Source: Eledone cirrhosa | Lineage: Eukaryota | Assembly (NCBI GenBank): GCA_964016885.1 | Contig: OZ024758.1 | Span: 28,892,001-28,956,000 of the forward strand | Direction: 5' to 3' | DNA: 64,000 nt | In this document: positions 1 through 12,559 of the stretch, piece by piece | How positions within the stretch are numbered: the first letter of the stretch is position 1 | How the letters are laid out: the number at the start of each line of letters is the position of its first letter | Notes under the pieces: model-generated | Databases searched by the model: none | Told to the model about the DNA's origin: nothing | The model's input: only the letters and a program-made list of their open reading frames with translations | Made by a program: the position numbers and the translations under genes

Positions 1-2386
1 TGTGGTCACTGTGGTGTGTTACAGTGTGACCAGAGGTTGTATGTCTGGTAGCTTGCTCTGTGGTGTGGTCACTGTGGTGTGTTACAGTGTGACCAGAGGT
101 TGTATGTCTGGTAGCTTGCTGTGTGGTGTGGTCACTGTGGTATGTTACAGTGTGACCAGAGGTTGTATGTCTGGTAGCTTGGTGTATGGTGTGGTCACTG
201 TGGTGTGTTACAGTGTGACCAGAGGTTGTATGTCTGGTAGCTTGCTGTGTGGTGTTGTCACTGTGATGTGTTACAGTGTGACCAGAGGTTGTATGTCTGG
301 TAGCTTGCTGTGTGGTCTTGTCACTGTGGTATGTTACAATGTGACCAGAGGTTGTATGTCTGGTAGCTTGGTGTGTGGTGTGGTCACTGTGGTGTGTTAC
401 AGTGTGACCAGAGGTTGTATGTCTGGTAGCTTGCTCTGTGGTGTGGTCACTGTGGTGTGTTACAGTGTGACCAGAGGTTGTATGTCTGGTAGCTTGCTGT
501 GTGGTGTGGTCACTGTGATGTGTTACAGTGTGACCAGAGGTTGTATGTCTGGTAGCTTGCTGTGTGGTGTTGTCACTGTGGTATGTTACAGTGTGACCAG
601 AGGTTGTATGTCTGGTAGCTTGGTGTGTGGTGTGGTCACTGTGGTGTGTTACAGTGTGACCAGAGGTTGTAGGTCTGGTAGCTTGCTGTGTGGTGTGGTC
701 ACTGTGGTGTGTTACAGTTTTACCAGAGGTTGTAGATCTGGTAGCTTGCTGTGTGGTGTGGTCACTGTGGTGTGGTACAGTGTGACCAGAAGTTGTATGT
801 CTGGTAGCTTGCTGTGTGGTGTGGTCACTGTGGTGTGGTACAGTGCGACCAGAGTTTGTATGTCTGGTGGCTTGCTGTGTGGTGTGGTCACTGTGGTGTG
901 TTACAATGTGACCAGAGGTTGTAGGTCTGGTAGCTTGCTGTGTGGTGTGGTCACTGTGGTGTGTTACAGTGTGACCAGAGGTTGTATGTCTGGTAGCTTG
1001 CTGTGTGGTGTGGTCACTGTGGTGTGTTACAGTGTGACCAGAGGTTGTATGTCTGGTAGGTTGCTGTGTGGTGTGGTCACTGTGGTCTGGTACAGTGTGA
1101 CCAGAGGTTGTAGGTCTGGTAGCTTGCTGTGTGGTGTGGTCACTGTGGTCTGGTACAGTGTGAACAGAGGTTGTATGTCTGGTAGCTTGCTGTGTGGTGT
1201 TGTCACTGTGGTGTGTTACAGTGTGACCAGAGGTTGTATGTCTGGTAGCTTGCTGTGTGGTGTGGTCACTGTGGTGTGTTACAGTGTGACCAGAGGTTTT
1301 ATGTCTGGTAGCTTGCTGTGTGGTGTGGTCACTGTGGTCTGGTCACTGTGGTGTGTTACAGTGTGACCAGAGGTTGTATGTCTGGTAGGTTGCTGTGTGG
1401 TGTGGTCACTGTGGTGTGTTACAGTGTGACCAGAGGTTGTATGTCTGGTAGCTTGCTGTGTGGTGTGGTCACTGTGGTGTGTTACAGTGTGACCAGAGGT
1501 TGTAGGTCTGGTAGGTTGCTGTGTGGTGTGGTCACTGTGGTGTGTTACAGTGTGACCAGAGGTTGTATGTCTGGTAGCTTGCTGTGTGGTGTGGTCACTG
1601 TGGTGTGTTACAGTGTGACCAGAGGTTGTATGTCTGGTAGCTTGCTGTGTGGTGTGGTCACTGTGGTCTGGTACAGTGTGACCAGAGGTTGTATGTCTGG
1701 TAGCTTGGTGTGTGGTGTGGTCACTGTGATATGTTACAGTGTGACCAGAGGTTGTATGTCTGGTAGCTTGCTGTGTGGTGTGGTCACTGTGGTGTGTTAC
1801 AGTGTGACCAGAGGTTGTATGTCTGGTAGCTTGCTGTGTGGTGTGGTCACTGTGATGCGTTACAGTGTGAGCAGAGGTTGTATGTCTGGTAGCTTGCTGT
1901 GTGGTGTGGTCACTGTGGTGTGTTACAGTGTGACCAGAGGTTGTGTCTGGTAGCTTGCTGTGTGGTGTGGTCACTGTGGTGTGTTACAGTGTGACCAGAG
2001 GTTGTGTCTGGTAGCTTGCTGTGTGGTGTGGTCACTGTGGTGTGTTACAGTGTGACCAGAGGTTGTATGTCTGGTAGCTTGCTGTGTGGTGTGGTCACTG
2101 TGGTGTGTTACAGTGTGACCAGAGGTTGTGTCTGGTAGCTTGCTGTGTGGTGTGGTCACTGTGGTGTGTTACAGTGTGACCAGAGGTTGTGTCTGGTAGC
2201 TTGCTGTATGGTGTGGTCACTGTGGTGTGTTACAGTGTGACCAGAGGTTGTATGTCTGGTAGCTTGCTGTGTGGTGTGGTCACTGTGGTGTGTTACAGTG
2301 TGACCAGAGGTTGTGTCTGGTAGCTTGCTGTGTGGTGTGGTCACTGTGGTGTGTTACAGTGTGACCAGAGGTTGTATGTCTGGTAG
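1..2386. repeat. Tandem satellite, 63-bp unit (about 38 copies; 61-bp variants after ~1940); continues off the left edge
   Basis: Unit TGTGGTCACTGTGGTGTGTTACAGTGTGACCAGAGGTTGTATGTCTGGTAGCTTGCTGTGTGG read directly; the ORF track shows a 21-aa periodicity. Confidence 0.97.
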
Positions 2387-5300
2387 ATTGAGTGAGAGAG
2401 AGAGACCAAGAGATAGAGATTAAGTGAGAGAGACCAAGAGATAGAGATTGGTTGAGAGAGAGAGACCAAGAGATAGAGATTGAGTGAGAGAGAGAGAGTA
2501 AGAGATAGAGATTGAGTGAGAGAGACCAAGAGATAGAGATTGAGTGAGAGAGAGAGAGTAAGAGATAGAGATTGAGTGAGAGAGAGAGAGTAAGAGATAG
2601 AGATTGGGTGAGAGTGAGAGAGTAAGAGATACAGCTTGAGTGAGAGAGAGAGAGTAAGAGATAGAGATTGAGTGAGAGAGAGAGAGTAAGAGATAGAGAT
2701 TGAGTGAGAGAGAGAGAGATCAAAAGATAGAGATTGAGTGAGAGAGAGAGAGATCAAAAGATAGAGATTGAGTGAGAGAGAGAGATCAAGAGATAGAGAT
2801 TGAGTGAGAAAGATAGAGACCAAGAGATAGAGATTGAGTGAGAGTGAGAGAGTAAGAGATAGAGATTGAGTGAGAGAGAGAGAGAGAGAGAGAGAGTAAG
2901 AGATAGAGATTGAGTGAGAGAGAGAGAGTAAGAGATAGAGATTGAGTGAGAGAGAGAGACCAAGAGATAGAGATTGAGTGAGAGAGAGAGAGTAAGAGAT
3001 AGAGATTGGGTGAGAGAGAGAGACCAAGAGATAGAGATTGAGTGAGAGAGAGAGAGAGTAAGAGATAGAGATTGGGTGAGAGAGAGAGAACAAGAGATAG
3101 AGATTGAGAGAGAGAGAATAAGAGATAGAGATTGGGTGAGAGAGAGAGAACAAGAGATAGAGATTGGGTGAGAGAGAGAGAGAGTAAGAGATAGAGATTG
3201 AGTGAGAGAGTGAGAGTAAGAGATAGAGATTGAGTGAGAGAGAGAGAGTAAGAGATAGAGATTGGGTGAGAGAGAGAGACTAAGAGAAAGAGATTGAGTG
3301 ACAGAGAGAGACCAAGAGATAGAGATTGAGTGAGAGAGAGAGAGTAAGAGATAGAGATTGAGTGAGAGAGAGAGAGAGTAAGAGATAGAGATTGAGTGAG
3401 AGAGAGAGACCAAGAGATAGAGATTGAGTGAGAGAGAGAGAGTAAGAGATAGAGATTGGGTGAGAGAGAGAGTAAGAGATAGAGATTGAGTGAGAGAGAG
3501 AGACCAAGAGATAGAGATTGAGTGAGAGAGAGAGAGTAAGAGATAGAGATTGGGTGAGAGAGAGAGAGTAAGAGATAGAGATTGAGTGAGAGAGAGAGAT
3601 CAATAGATAGAAATTGGGTGAGAGAGAGAGACCAAGAAATAGAGATTGAGTGAGAGAGAGAGACCAAGAGATAGAGATTGAGTGAGAGAGAGAGAGTAAG
3701 AGATAGAGATTGGGTGAGAGAGAGAGAGTAAGAGATAGAGATTGAGTGAGAGAGAGAGACCAAGAGATAGAGATTGAGTGAGAGATAGAGACCAAGAGAT
3801 AGAGATTGGGTGAGACAGAGAGAGTAAGAGATAGAGATTGGGTGAGAGAGAGAGAGTAAGAGATAGAGATTGAGTGAGAGAGAGAGATCAATAGATAGAA
3901 ATTGGGTGAGAGAGAGAGACCAAGAAATAGAGATTGAGTGAGAGAGAGAGACCAAGAGATAGAGATTGAGTGAGAGAGAGAGAGTAAGAGATAGAGATTG
4001 GGTGAGAGAGAGAGAGAGTAAGAGATAGAGATTGAGTGAGAGAGAGAGACCAAGAAATAGAGATTGAGTGAGAGAGAGAGACCAAGAGATAGAGATTGAG
4101 TGAGAGAGAGAGAGTAAGAGATAGAGATTGAGTGAGAGAGAGAGAGTAAGAGATAGAGATTGAGTGAGAGAGAGAGAGTAAGAGATAGAGATTGAGTGAG
4201 AGAGACCAAGAAATAGAGATTGAGTGAGAGAGAGAGAGTAAGAGATAGAGATTGGGTGAGAGAGAGACCAAGAGATAGAGATTGAGTGAGAGAGAGAGAC
4301 CAAGAGATAGAGATTGAGTGAGAGAGAGAGACCAAGAAATAGAGATTGAGTGAGAGAGAGAGACCAAGAGATAGAGATTGAGTGAGAGAGAGAGAGTAAG
4401 AGATAGAGATTGAGTGAGAGAGAGAGAGTAAGAGATAGAGATTGGGTAAGAGAGAGAGAGTAAGAGATAGAGATTGAGTGAGAGAGACCAAGAAATAGAG
4501 ATTGAGTGAGAGAGAGAGAGTAAGAGATAGAGATTGGGTGAGAGAGAGACCAAGAGATAGAGATTGAGTGAGAGAGAGAGACCAAGAGATAGAGATTGAG
4601 TGAGAGAGAGAGATCAAGATATAGAGATTGAGTGAGAGAGAGAGAGTAAGAGATAGAGATTGAGTGAGAGAGAGAGAGAGTAAGAGATAGAGATTGAGTG
4701 AGAGAGAGAGAACAAGAGATAGAGATTGAGTGAGAGAGAGAGACCAAGAAATAGAGATTGAGTGAGAGAGAGAGACCAAGAGATAGAGATTGAGTGAGAG
4801 AGAGACCAAGAGATAGAGATTGAGTGAGAGAGAGAGAGTAAGAGATAGAGATTGGGTAAGAGAGAGAGAGTAAGAGATAGAGATTGAGTAAGAGATAGAG
4901 ATTGGGTGAGAGAGAGACCAAGAGATAGAGATTGAGTGAGAGAGAGAGACCAAGAGATAGAGATTGGGTGAGAGAGAGAGAGTAAGAGATAGAGATTGGG
5001 TGAGAGAGAGAGACGAAGAGATAGAGATTGAGTGAGAGAGACCAAGAGATAGAGATTGAGTGAGAGAGAGAGAGTAAGAGATAGAGATTGAGTGAGAGAG
5101 AGAGACCAAGAGATAGAGATTGGGTGAGAGAGAGAGAGTAAGAGATAGAGATTGGGTGAGAGAGAGAGACCAAGAGATAGAGATTGAGTGAGAGAGAGAG
5201 ACCAAGAGATAGAGATTGGGTGAGAGAGAGAGAGTAAGAGATAGAGATTGGGTGAGAGAGAGAGACCAAGAGATAGAGATTGAGTGAGAGATAGAGACCA

Positions 5301-6079
5301 AGAGATAGAGATTGGGTGAGAGCGAGAGAGTAAGAGATAGAGATTGGGTGAGAGAGAGAGAGTAAGAGATAGAGATTGAGTGAGAGAGAGAGATCAATAG
5401 ATAGAAATTGGGTGAGAGAGAGAGACCAAGAAATAGAGATTGAGTGAGAGAGAGAGACGAAGAGATAGAGATTGAGTGAGAGAGACCAAGAGATAGAGAT
5501 TGAGTGAGAGAGAGAGAGTAAGAGATAGAGATTGAGTGAGAGAGAGAGACCAAGAGATAGAGATTGGGTGAGAGAGAGAGAGTAAGAGATAGAGATTGGG
5601 TGAGAGAGAGAGACCAAGAGATAGAGATTGAGTGAGAGAGAGAGACCAAGAGATAGAGATTGGGTGAGAGAGAGAGAGTAAGAGATAGAGATTGGGTGAG
5701 AGAGAGAGACGAAGAGATAGAGATTGAGTGAGAGAGACCAAGAGATAGAGATTGAGTGAGAGAGAGAGAGTAAGAGATAGAGATTGAGTGAGAGAGAGAG
5801 ACCAAGAGATAGAGATTGGGTGAGAGAGAGAGACCAAGAGATAGAGATTGGGTGAGAGAGAGAGAGTAAGAGATAGAGATTGGGTGAGAGAGAGAGACCA
5901 AGAGATAGAGATTGAGTGAGAGAGAGAGACCAAGAGATAGAGATTGGGTGAGAGAGAGAGAGTAAGAGATAGAGATTGGGTGAGAGAGAGAGACCAAGAG
6001 ATAGAGATTGAGTGAGAGAGAGAGACCAAGAGATAGAGATTGGGTGAGAGAGAGAGAGTAAGAGATAGAGATTGGGTGA
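2387..6079. repeat. Purine-rich minisatellite, ~26-36-bp unit built around (GA)n
   Basis: Unit AGATTG(A/G)GTG(AG)n-(AGT/ACC)AAGAGATAG repeated for 3.7 kb with variable (AG)n length. Confidence 0.97.
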
Positions 6080-6403
6080 TGCGCAGACACGCGCTCTGGC
6101 TACGACATCTTCACCTCTTCCGCGACGGTGATCAGGTGTGGTCGCTGTTTGCTAGACACGTCTTTCCCCAGCTCGTCTCTTTGACGGAGCTGCAGTCCTG
6201 GGTCAAGCGAAGACCGAGAGGGAACGCTTGGAGACTGGAATGTCTTCAGGCGCTCACAGCCCTCGACCAATCGGGCAATGTGATCGGTGGAAACTCCACC
6301 TTGGCATTCTATAGAGGATTAGTGGAGGGGAAGAGCGACAACGTACTTGGGGAAAATCAACTAGCCAATCTCTTCGGAAGAACTATCGGGCCGGGGCCTA
6401 TGG
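6079..6403 (+). mobile_element. Probable Tx1/L1-clade LINE ORF2 fragment (region just upstream of the C-terminal zinc finger)
   Basis: GC-rich open frame RRHALWLRHL...LFGRTIGPGPMD. Same style as, and apparently collinear with, the zf-RVT fragment at 6832. Confidence 0.55.
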
Positions 6404-6750
6404 ACATCATCATCATCATCATCATTTTACGTCCGCTTTTCCCTGCTTGCAAGGGTTTGACGGGAACTGATTCTGGCTTGATTTCTACAGCTGTATGCCC
6501 TTCCTAACACCAACCTCATTTACAGTGAGTGCTGGGTGCTTTTTTTCCATGGCACCTCCACAACCACTTTACAGTGGAATGATAGGGACCCCAGTCCCTA
6601 TCATCTCATTCTACAGCTGAGTAAACTGGAGCAATGTGAAATAAAGTGTCTTGCTCAAGGAAACAACAGATCACCCGGTCTGAGAATTGAACTCACAATC
6701 TTTCAATTGCAAGGCCAATGCTCTAACTACTAAGCCATGTGCCTCCATAT
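6404..6750 (-). mobile_element. tRNA-derived SINE family A (CORE-like middle, RTE-type tail), full length
   Basis: Minus strand reads GGAGGCACATGGCTTAGTAG (A box)...GAGTTCAATTCTC (B box)...CCTTGAGCAAGACACTT...(GAT)n tail. Near-identical to the copy at 57967. Confidence 0.9.
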
Positions 6751-6831
6751 TAGAAATAATAATTATTATTATTTTGGTGGATCAACGGGATCAGTAGAGC
6801 GTCAGACAACATACTTCACAGCATATAGTTA

Positions 6832-7600
6832 TGAAATACCTGGCCTGGCAGTGCTACCGAGGAGCTTTGCCAGTTCAGGATAAACTCTACAGGCATGGAG
6901 TAGCCGTCACCTGGCATGTCCGAGATGCGTGCAGGGCGACGAAGCCGTCCTGCATGCACTCGGCCAGTGTCCGAGCATTGCTGACTTGTGGGTTTATGTC
7001 GAACACCTGCTGTCGCGTGTAGAACAGATCCGGCTATCAGCTGAGTCCATCGTGACGATTGCCCCGCCCTCTTCCTTTAGCTGGGAAGGGCAGGCAGTTT
7101 GTATCTGTCTGGTGGCCATGGCAAAAGAGATAGTATGGTGGACGCATCTGAAAGGGCTGAAGACGAGCACTTACCTCTTCAGTGATGCCCTGATTAACTT
7201 TTTCAAATTTCATTTGAAAAGGAAAATCAGGGTAGAGGGGGAGGTGCTCTCTTCCCAGCATTTTGTTGAAAGATGGGTGAGAGAGGCAAGAATGGCCCGA
7301 GTGAATGGGCCTACTCTGAGTATATGCCTGTAAATTGAAGGTGGAAAACTGGGAGAGGACACTTGCCCTGATGGTCAGGCTCACCATGGCTTTTTTTAAT
7401 GGGTTTCTCCATGATGGCCCTCGGAAGTCTCCCCCCTATTGAGGAATTTTTCATTGTTCTTTTATTGCATCCTCTGTTTTTTGTTTTTTTTACACACAGA
7501 AATGCCCATTTGTACCGTCCTGTATTGTCCTGTACTGTCCTTAATGTCTACTTTGTGTAAACCCTTGTGGTTAATAAAGAAAGCATTATTATTATTATTT
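6832..7600 (+). mobile_element. Tx1/L1-clade LINE 3' end: C-terminal CCHC zinc finger (zf-RVT-like), 3' UTR and (ATT)n tail; frameshifted
   Basis: KYLAWQCYRGALPVQDKLYRHG then, after a frameshift, CPRC..E..LHAL.QC...LW. Stop at 7333, AATAAA near 7573, ATT repeats. Confidence 0.75.
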
Positions 7601-7610
7601 GAACTCAGAA

Positions 7611-7960
7611 CGTCCCTTTACGGTCTGAGTTCAAATCCCGCCGAGGTTAACTTTGCCTTTCATCCTTACAGGGTTGATAAAATAAAGTACCAGTAATGTA
7701 CTGAGTAATTGCTGGCCTTGTACCAAAAGTAGAAACAATTATTATTATTATTAGAGCTGTGGATTGGCAGTATCGGTAGAGGGTCAGATACCATGTTTTT
7801 CAGCGTAGAGTTACGGCCCTTTACAGTCCGAATTCCAATCCCGCCGAGGTTAACTTTGCCTTTCATCCTTACGGGGGTCGATAAAATAAAGTACCAGTAA
7901 TGCACTGGGATAATTGCTGGCCTTGTGCCAAAAGTAGAAACAATTATTATTATTATTATC
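7611..7960 (+). mobile_element. Two tandem copies of SINE family B (3' part at 7611-7750, near-full copy at 7753-7960)
   Basis: GAGTTCAAATCCCGCCGAGGTTAACTTTGCCTTTCATCCTTACGGGGTCGATAAAATAAAGTACCAG...GTAGAAACA(ATT)n; matches the copy at 36657. Confidence 0.88.
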
Positions 7961-8112
7961 ATTATGTAAAATCTCTTAATTTTGCCTCATTTCTTCCCGT
8001 TTTGAGGTAATTTTTTTCATGATGCTCCCTGCTTGGGTTAATAAAATTCAATAGAAATATATTTATGTTCTTTTATATGAATAAATTCTCTCTCTAAAAA
8101 ATTTTACTTTAT

Positions 8113-8290
8113 TTAATTGTTTCTACTTTTGACACAAGGCCAGCAAATACCCAGTACATTACTGGTACTTTATTTTATCGACCCCGTAAGGATGAAAGGC
8201 AAAGTTAACCTCGGCGGGATTTGAACTCAGAATGGAAAGGGCCATAACTCTATGCATCAAAGCATGGCGTCTGACCCTCTACTGATATGT
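8113..8290 (-). mobile_element. SINE family B
   Basis: Reverse complement of the family B core and tail. Confidence 0.88.
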
Positions 8291-8539
8291 CCTATTAAAA
8301 TTAGTGTTGTGGAGATTGTCTTTAATATTTATTTATGAGATTTCTGGTGTTTGGAAATTCATAGAAGGTTGCTGTGATATTTAAAAAGTCATATAAGGAA
8401 TCTGTGATGTTTGGAACATTATACAAGAGTTCCCTGGTTTTAGAAAAGTCGTATAACTGTTTGATGACAAAATAGATTGTAAACGACTGCATTAGAGTCT
8501 ATTTGAACCAGGAATAATGTTTTCTTTGTCAAATATAAT

Positions 8540-8660
8540 AAATGTTTCTACTTTTGGCACAAGGCCAGCAATTACCCCAGTGCATTACTGGTACTTTATT
8601 TTATCGACCCCGTAAGGATGAAAGGCAAAGTTAACCTTGGTGGGATTTGAACTCAGACCA
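8540..8660 (-). mobile_element. SINE family B, 5'-truncated
   Basis: Reverse complement from the B box through the tail. Confidence 0.85.
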
Positions 8661-8704
8661 TAATGATTTCCAACTTAGGATAGGTAAAAAAACATAATTT
8701 AAGG

Positions 8705-9731
8705 CGAAGGTTCTGAAACTTTTAGGGCCACCACCCCCTCAAGGTCACATAATAGCTTCAGTGCCCTCCCCACCCCTTTTTATTTTTAGAGAGTCCTGTC
8801 TACAAGCAAATTATAAATAATATATAATAAATAAAATCGTTAATTTATATATATTGAATAATATAATATATACTATGTATAAATAAATATTATATATCTT
8901 TTATTTTACTATATTAATATATATAATTCTCAGACCGGGTGATGTGTTGTTTCCTTGAGCAAGACACTTTATTTCACATTGCTCCAGTTTACTCAGCTGT
9001 AGAAATGAGATGATAGGGACTGGGGTCCCTATCATTCCACTGCAAAGTGGTCATGGAGGTGCCACGGCAAAAAAGCACCCAGCACTCACTGTAAATGAGG
9101 TTGGTGTTAGGAAGGGCATCCAGCTGTAGAAATCAAGCCAGAATCAGTTCCCGTCTCACCCTTGCAAGCAGGGAAAAAGCGGACGTAAAATGAAATGAAA
9201 TGAAAATGAAAATGTATGTGTGTGTATATATATATGTGGGTGTCTGTGATCTATATACACTGGTGATAGACACACACACACTCACATACGCAACAACACC
9301 ACCAGCTCTCTCTCTTCCATTCTCCTCTGTCTCCTCTCTCTCTCTCTCTATTTCAATCTACTTTCTCACATCCACTATTTCTTTCTTTCTATCCTTCTCT
9401 GTTTATGAAGGTACCCAGAAAACCCCATATCTCGGGAACCCATGCTTCGATTTACGTGAAACTTGTTTTATTCCATTTGTATTCCCATTCCAGGGTCAAC
9501 TTCCTTTCAAAGTATTTCCCCATTATGCGCCCTTTTGGCTGTATTACATTGCAGACAAGCAAGCAAGCAATCACAGACTTTTAGTAATATATATACATAG
9601 ATGTATCATTTGATATTTAATATACTATTATATCATCTCTACTACCACCCACCTCCCCTTTAGGCCCTAGTGCCTCCTGGACCTTCTCAACTCCTCCCTT
9701 GGGGTGGTAGCTCCCACTTTGAGAACCGCTG
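8705..9731. mobile_element. hAT-like MITE (same family as 59240-59734) interrupted by later insertions
   Basis: Degenerate left TIR CGAAGGTTCTGAAAC and right TIR TTTGAGAACCGCTG. Internal blocks TCATTTGATATTTAATATACTAT and AGTGCCTCCTGGACCTTCTCAAC are shared with the 59 kb copy. Confidence 0.65.
8925..9212 (+). mobile_element. SINE family A, 5'-truncated, nested in the hAT MITE
   Basis: Matches the 57967 copy from the B box onward; (AAATG)n tail. Confidence 0.9.
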
Positions 9732-9935
9732 ATTTAGGACATGGAACAGAGAATCCTATCAACTCCAGTAATTTAACTCAACTTATTTTACTGATCCTGG
9801 AAGGATGAAATGTAAAACCTACCTTAGTGAGATTTGAACTTGTAAAAGAAGATGACTAGACACTGCAAGTTGTTTTGTATTTTGGACTCGTAGTTCAATC
9901 AATAAAACATTCTTTTTCTTTTTTTTTTTATTTAG

Positions 9936-10159
9936 TATAAGCAGAAATAGTTGTCAATCTGGCTTTGTTGTTATACAATTTTTGAGGAACAATATTTCTG
10001 ACGCTATTTTCAACAACCTATTACAGGCAACAGATGTTTCATTTTTTGAAATATCAAGGCCATGGGGTGTTTTCTATTTCCATTTATATACTTATATGTT
10101 TATTTTATTTTTTCAGTGATTTTGTGTTAAAACAAGATTCCACATTTGCTGTAATGTAA
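9936..10159 (+). other. Candidate 3' coding exon(s) of an unidentified host gene
   Basis: Two strong acceptor-like sites (T-tract TAG at 9935, T-tract CAG at 10116). Frames ISRNSCQSGFVVIQFLRNNISDAIFNNLLQ and DFVLKQDSTFAVM*, followed by unique AT-rich sequence with several AATAAA. No convincing donor and no recognised homolog. Confidence 0.25.
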
Positions 10160-10644
10160 TAAGCAGTTTATTTTGAAGAAACTCGTGTTAAAGCTGCGAA
10201 CTGATAATATTCAATCTATTTTTGGAAGTTTAACTACTTTTTCTAGTGCCATTTTTTTTGTCAAAGCAAATAACTTTGAGTCATGTTACAACAGTGGCAG
10301 TTCGTGGGATACAAAATAAATTTAAATTTAGTTTGATTACAAAAGTTTATTTCTTTATGATAAGAACATATTTCAGTTTAAATAAAATAAAAATAGAAAG
10401 AATTGAGATAAGTTTTTCTCACCGGAATGTCAAATATTATAAAATAAAAACATTATGTTAGTACTGTGACGGAATTATAAGAGTTTTGTGAAATCAATGT
10501 GAAGATTTTATCATTTTGTTAACAGTGCTGGCTTTAACTCGTGGTAATCTGCTTGCTAGATGTCTCATAATTAAGGACCAAAATATTTGCTTGAGGAGTG
10601 GTGGTTTCTGCTGTTCGGGTCTCCTGAAAGTTTCTCACCACCAC

Positions 10645-10920
10645 TCATCATCATCGTCCTTATTAGGTACCAGGTCTGTTTCAGGCGTCGACAATCATTC
10701 TTCTCCAGTCCTTCCTGTTGTCAGTGTTCTGGATGAGTGGTTTCAATATTATATAGAATTGCTTCTTTGTGTATGGTCTTATTTCATCATCAGGTGCCAG
10801 GCCTGTTCCAGTCCTTCCTCATGTTAGGGTTCTGAATGAGGTTGTTCTTTTGTGTCCTATTTTCATTGATGTATTTGTTCAGGCTGTCTGTAAATGTTGT
10901 TCTTTGTTCCCCATTATATA
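10645..10920 (-). mobile_element. Degenerate RTE-type LINE 3' fragment
   Basis: Minus strand encodes ...DNRKDWRRMIVDA* followed by a (GAT)n tail. Confidence 0.5.
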
Positions 10921-11769
10921 TTTAATAAATTTAATCAATTTCAGAGTGCTCAATATATATAGAGGCTCTATAACTCAATACCAGACCAATTCCCAGACCT
11001 GTCAAGTCTCCCTTTTGGGTGGGTGGGAGATATCTTCTCTAGTGAAAATGGGTATAGTTTTCATTATATAAAATCTCCTCATTTTGCCTCATTTCTCTCC
11101 ATTTTAGGGCCCTTTTTTTTCATGGTACTCCCCATTTGGGTTTTTAGAGGTTGGCAAGTCTGCATTTCTGTGGACACATGAGTAGTATAAAGCTATTATC
11201 TCGATGAAGTCTCTCAACCAGTTTCAAATGGCAAAAGAAAACAACAGAAAACTTCCTAGAAATGCCATGAAGAGCTAAACATGTTTGACAAAGAAAGAAA
11301 GAAATATAGTTTTACTGGGTTACATGTACTCAGTAGCACTCACTAGATCATCATTATTTAACGTCTATTTTCCATGCTTGCCATGTTATGAGACAAGTCA
11401 GATCAGGAGACCACGCCTTGCTCATAAGGATCTGTATTTTGGTTTGGTTTCTATGGCTGAACCACATTACAGTGTGGGCTGGGTGCTTTTTATTGTGGCA
11501 TCAAAATGACCATCTAACAGGGCGGACTGGGTAGCTTTTGTTGTATCACCGACACAAACATCTTACAGAGTGAACAGGGTACTTTTTTTGTCATGTCATC
11601 AGCTCGACTGCTATAACAGGGAGGACAGGTCAATCATTAGATCACTGAAACAATATTTCTATTGGGGTTTCCATTACTAATACTATCTGCCACAACTTCT
11701 TGCAGAAAGAGCAGCTTGGTCAAGAACACAATATACCACCCAGGATCTTATGATTGTGAGTCTAACACC

Positions 11770-12110
11770 CAAGCATGGGTTAGACGGGTTGTCCTGTTGT
11801 GGGCAGTGTCCAATCGGCTGACCTTGTCTTGTTCATATGGGAACTGATTCTGGCTTGATTTCTACAGCTGGATGCCCTTCCTAACACCGACCTCATTTAC
11901 AGTGAGTGCTGGGTGCTTTTTTGGCCATGGCACCTCCACGACCACTTTACAGTGGAATGATAGGGACCCCAGTCCCTATCATCTCATTTCTACCACTGAG
12001 TAAACTGGAGCAATGTGAAATAAAGTGTCTTGCTCAAGGAAACAACACATCACCCGATCTGAGATTTGAATTCACAACCTTGCTCTAACCACTAAGCCAT
12101 GTGCCTTCAT
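11770..12110 (-). mobile_element. SINE family A variant carrying the long (RTE family 1) tail
   Basis: Family A head and body, but the tail reads ...CAGCCGATTGGACACTGCCCACAACAGGACAACCCGTCTAACCCATGC as in the RTE 3' ends at 47560-47615 and 52790-52840. Confidence 0.85.
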
Positions 12111-12484
12111 GTATATATATATGGTCTTCTAAATGTTTTTAATCAAACATACGGTATATTGCCAAACATACTATACATACATTCACGTATACATCGCTAT
12201 TTCAGAGCACCAATCCTAATACCTAATCTTTGCTGGACTGGCAATCGCTCTGTATAATCAGCTCCTGATTATTACTGGAATTCTATAAGAATCCAGCTTC
12301 TATAATTTTTGGCGGAAGCAGGGGAGTACGTGGCTCTGATGATTGCCAACGAGCGTGAGACAGACTGTCAGCTTCGCCGAAAAGAAGTAAGTGACATAGT
12401 CACTACTTTAAAACTGATAGTGTATGGTCTTCTAAATGTTTTTAATTAAACATACGGTATATTGTCAAATATACTATACATACA

Positions 12485-12556
<72 letters not shown>

Positions 12557-12559
12557 CAT

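Noticed and set aside
2-6090. Long Cys/Val-rich, His/Thr-rich and Ser/Leu-rich ORFs (up to 943 aa)
   Set aside because: Translations of the 63-bp and GA-rich satellites; frames are broken freely by unit-length variants.
10994-11162. hAT-like MITE with CAGAC(C/T)TG(T/C)CAA ends
   Set aside because: TIRs are imperfect and there is no matching TSD; too weak to list as a feature.
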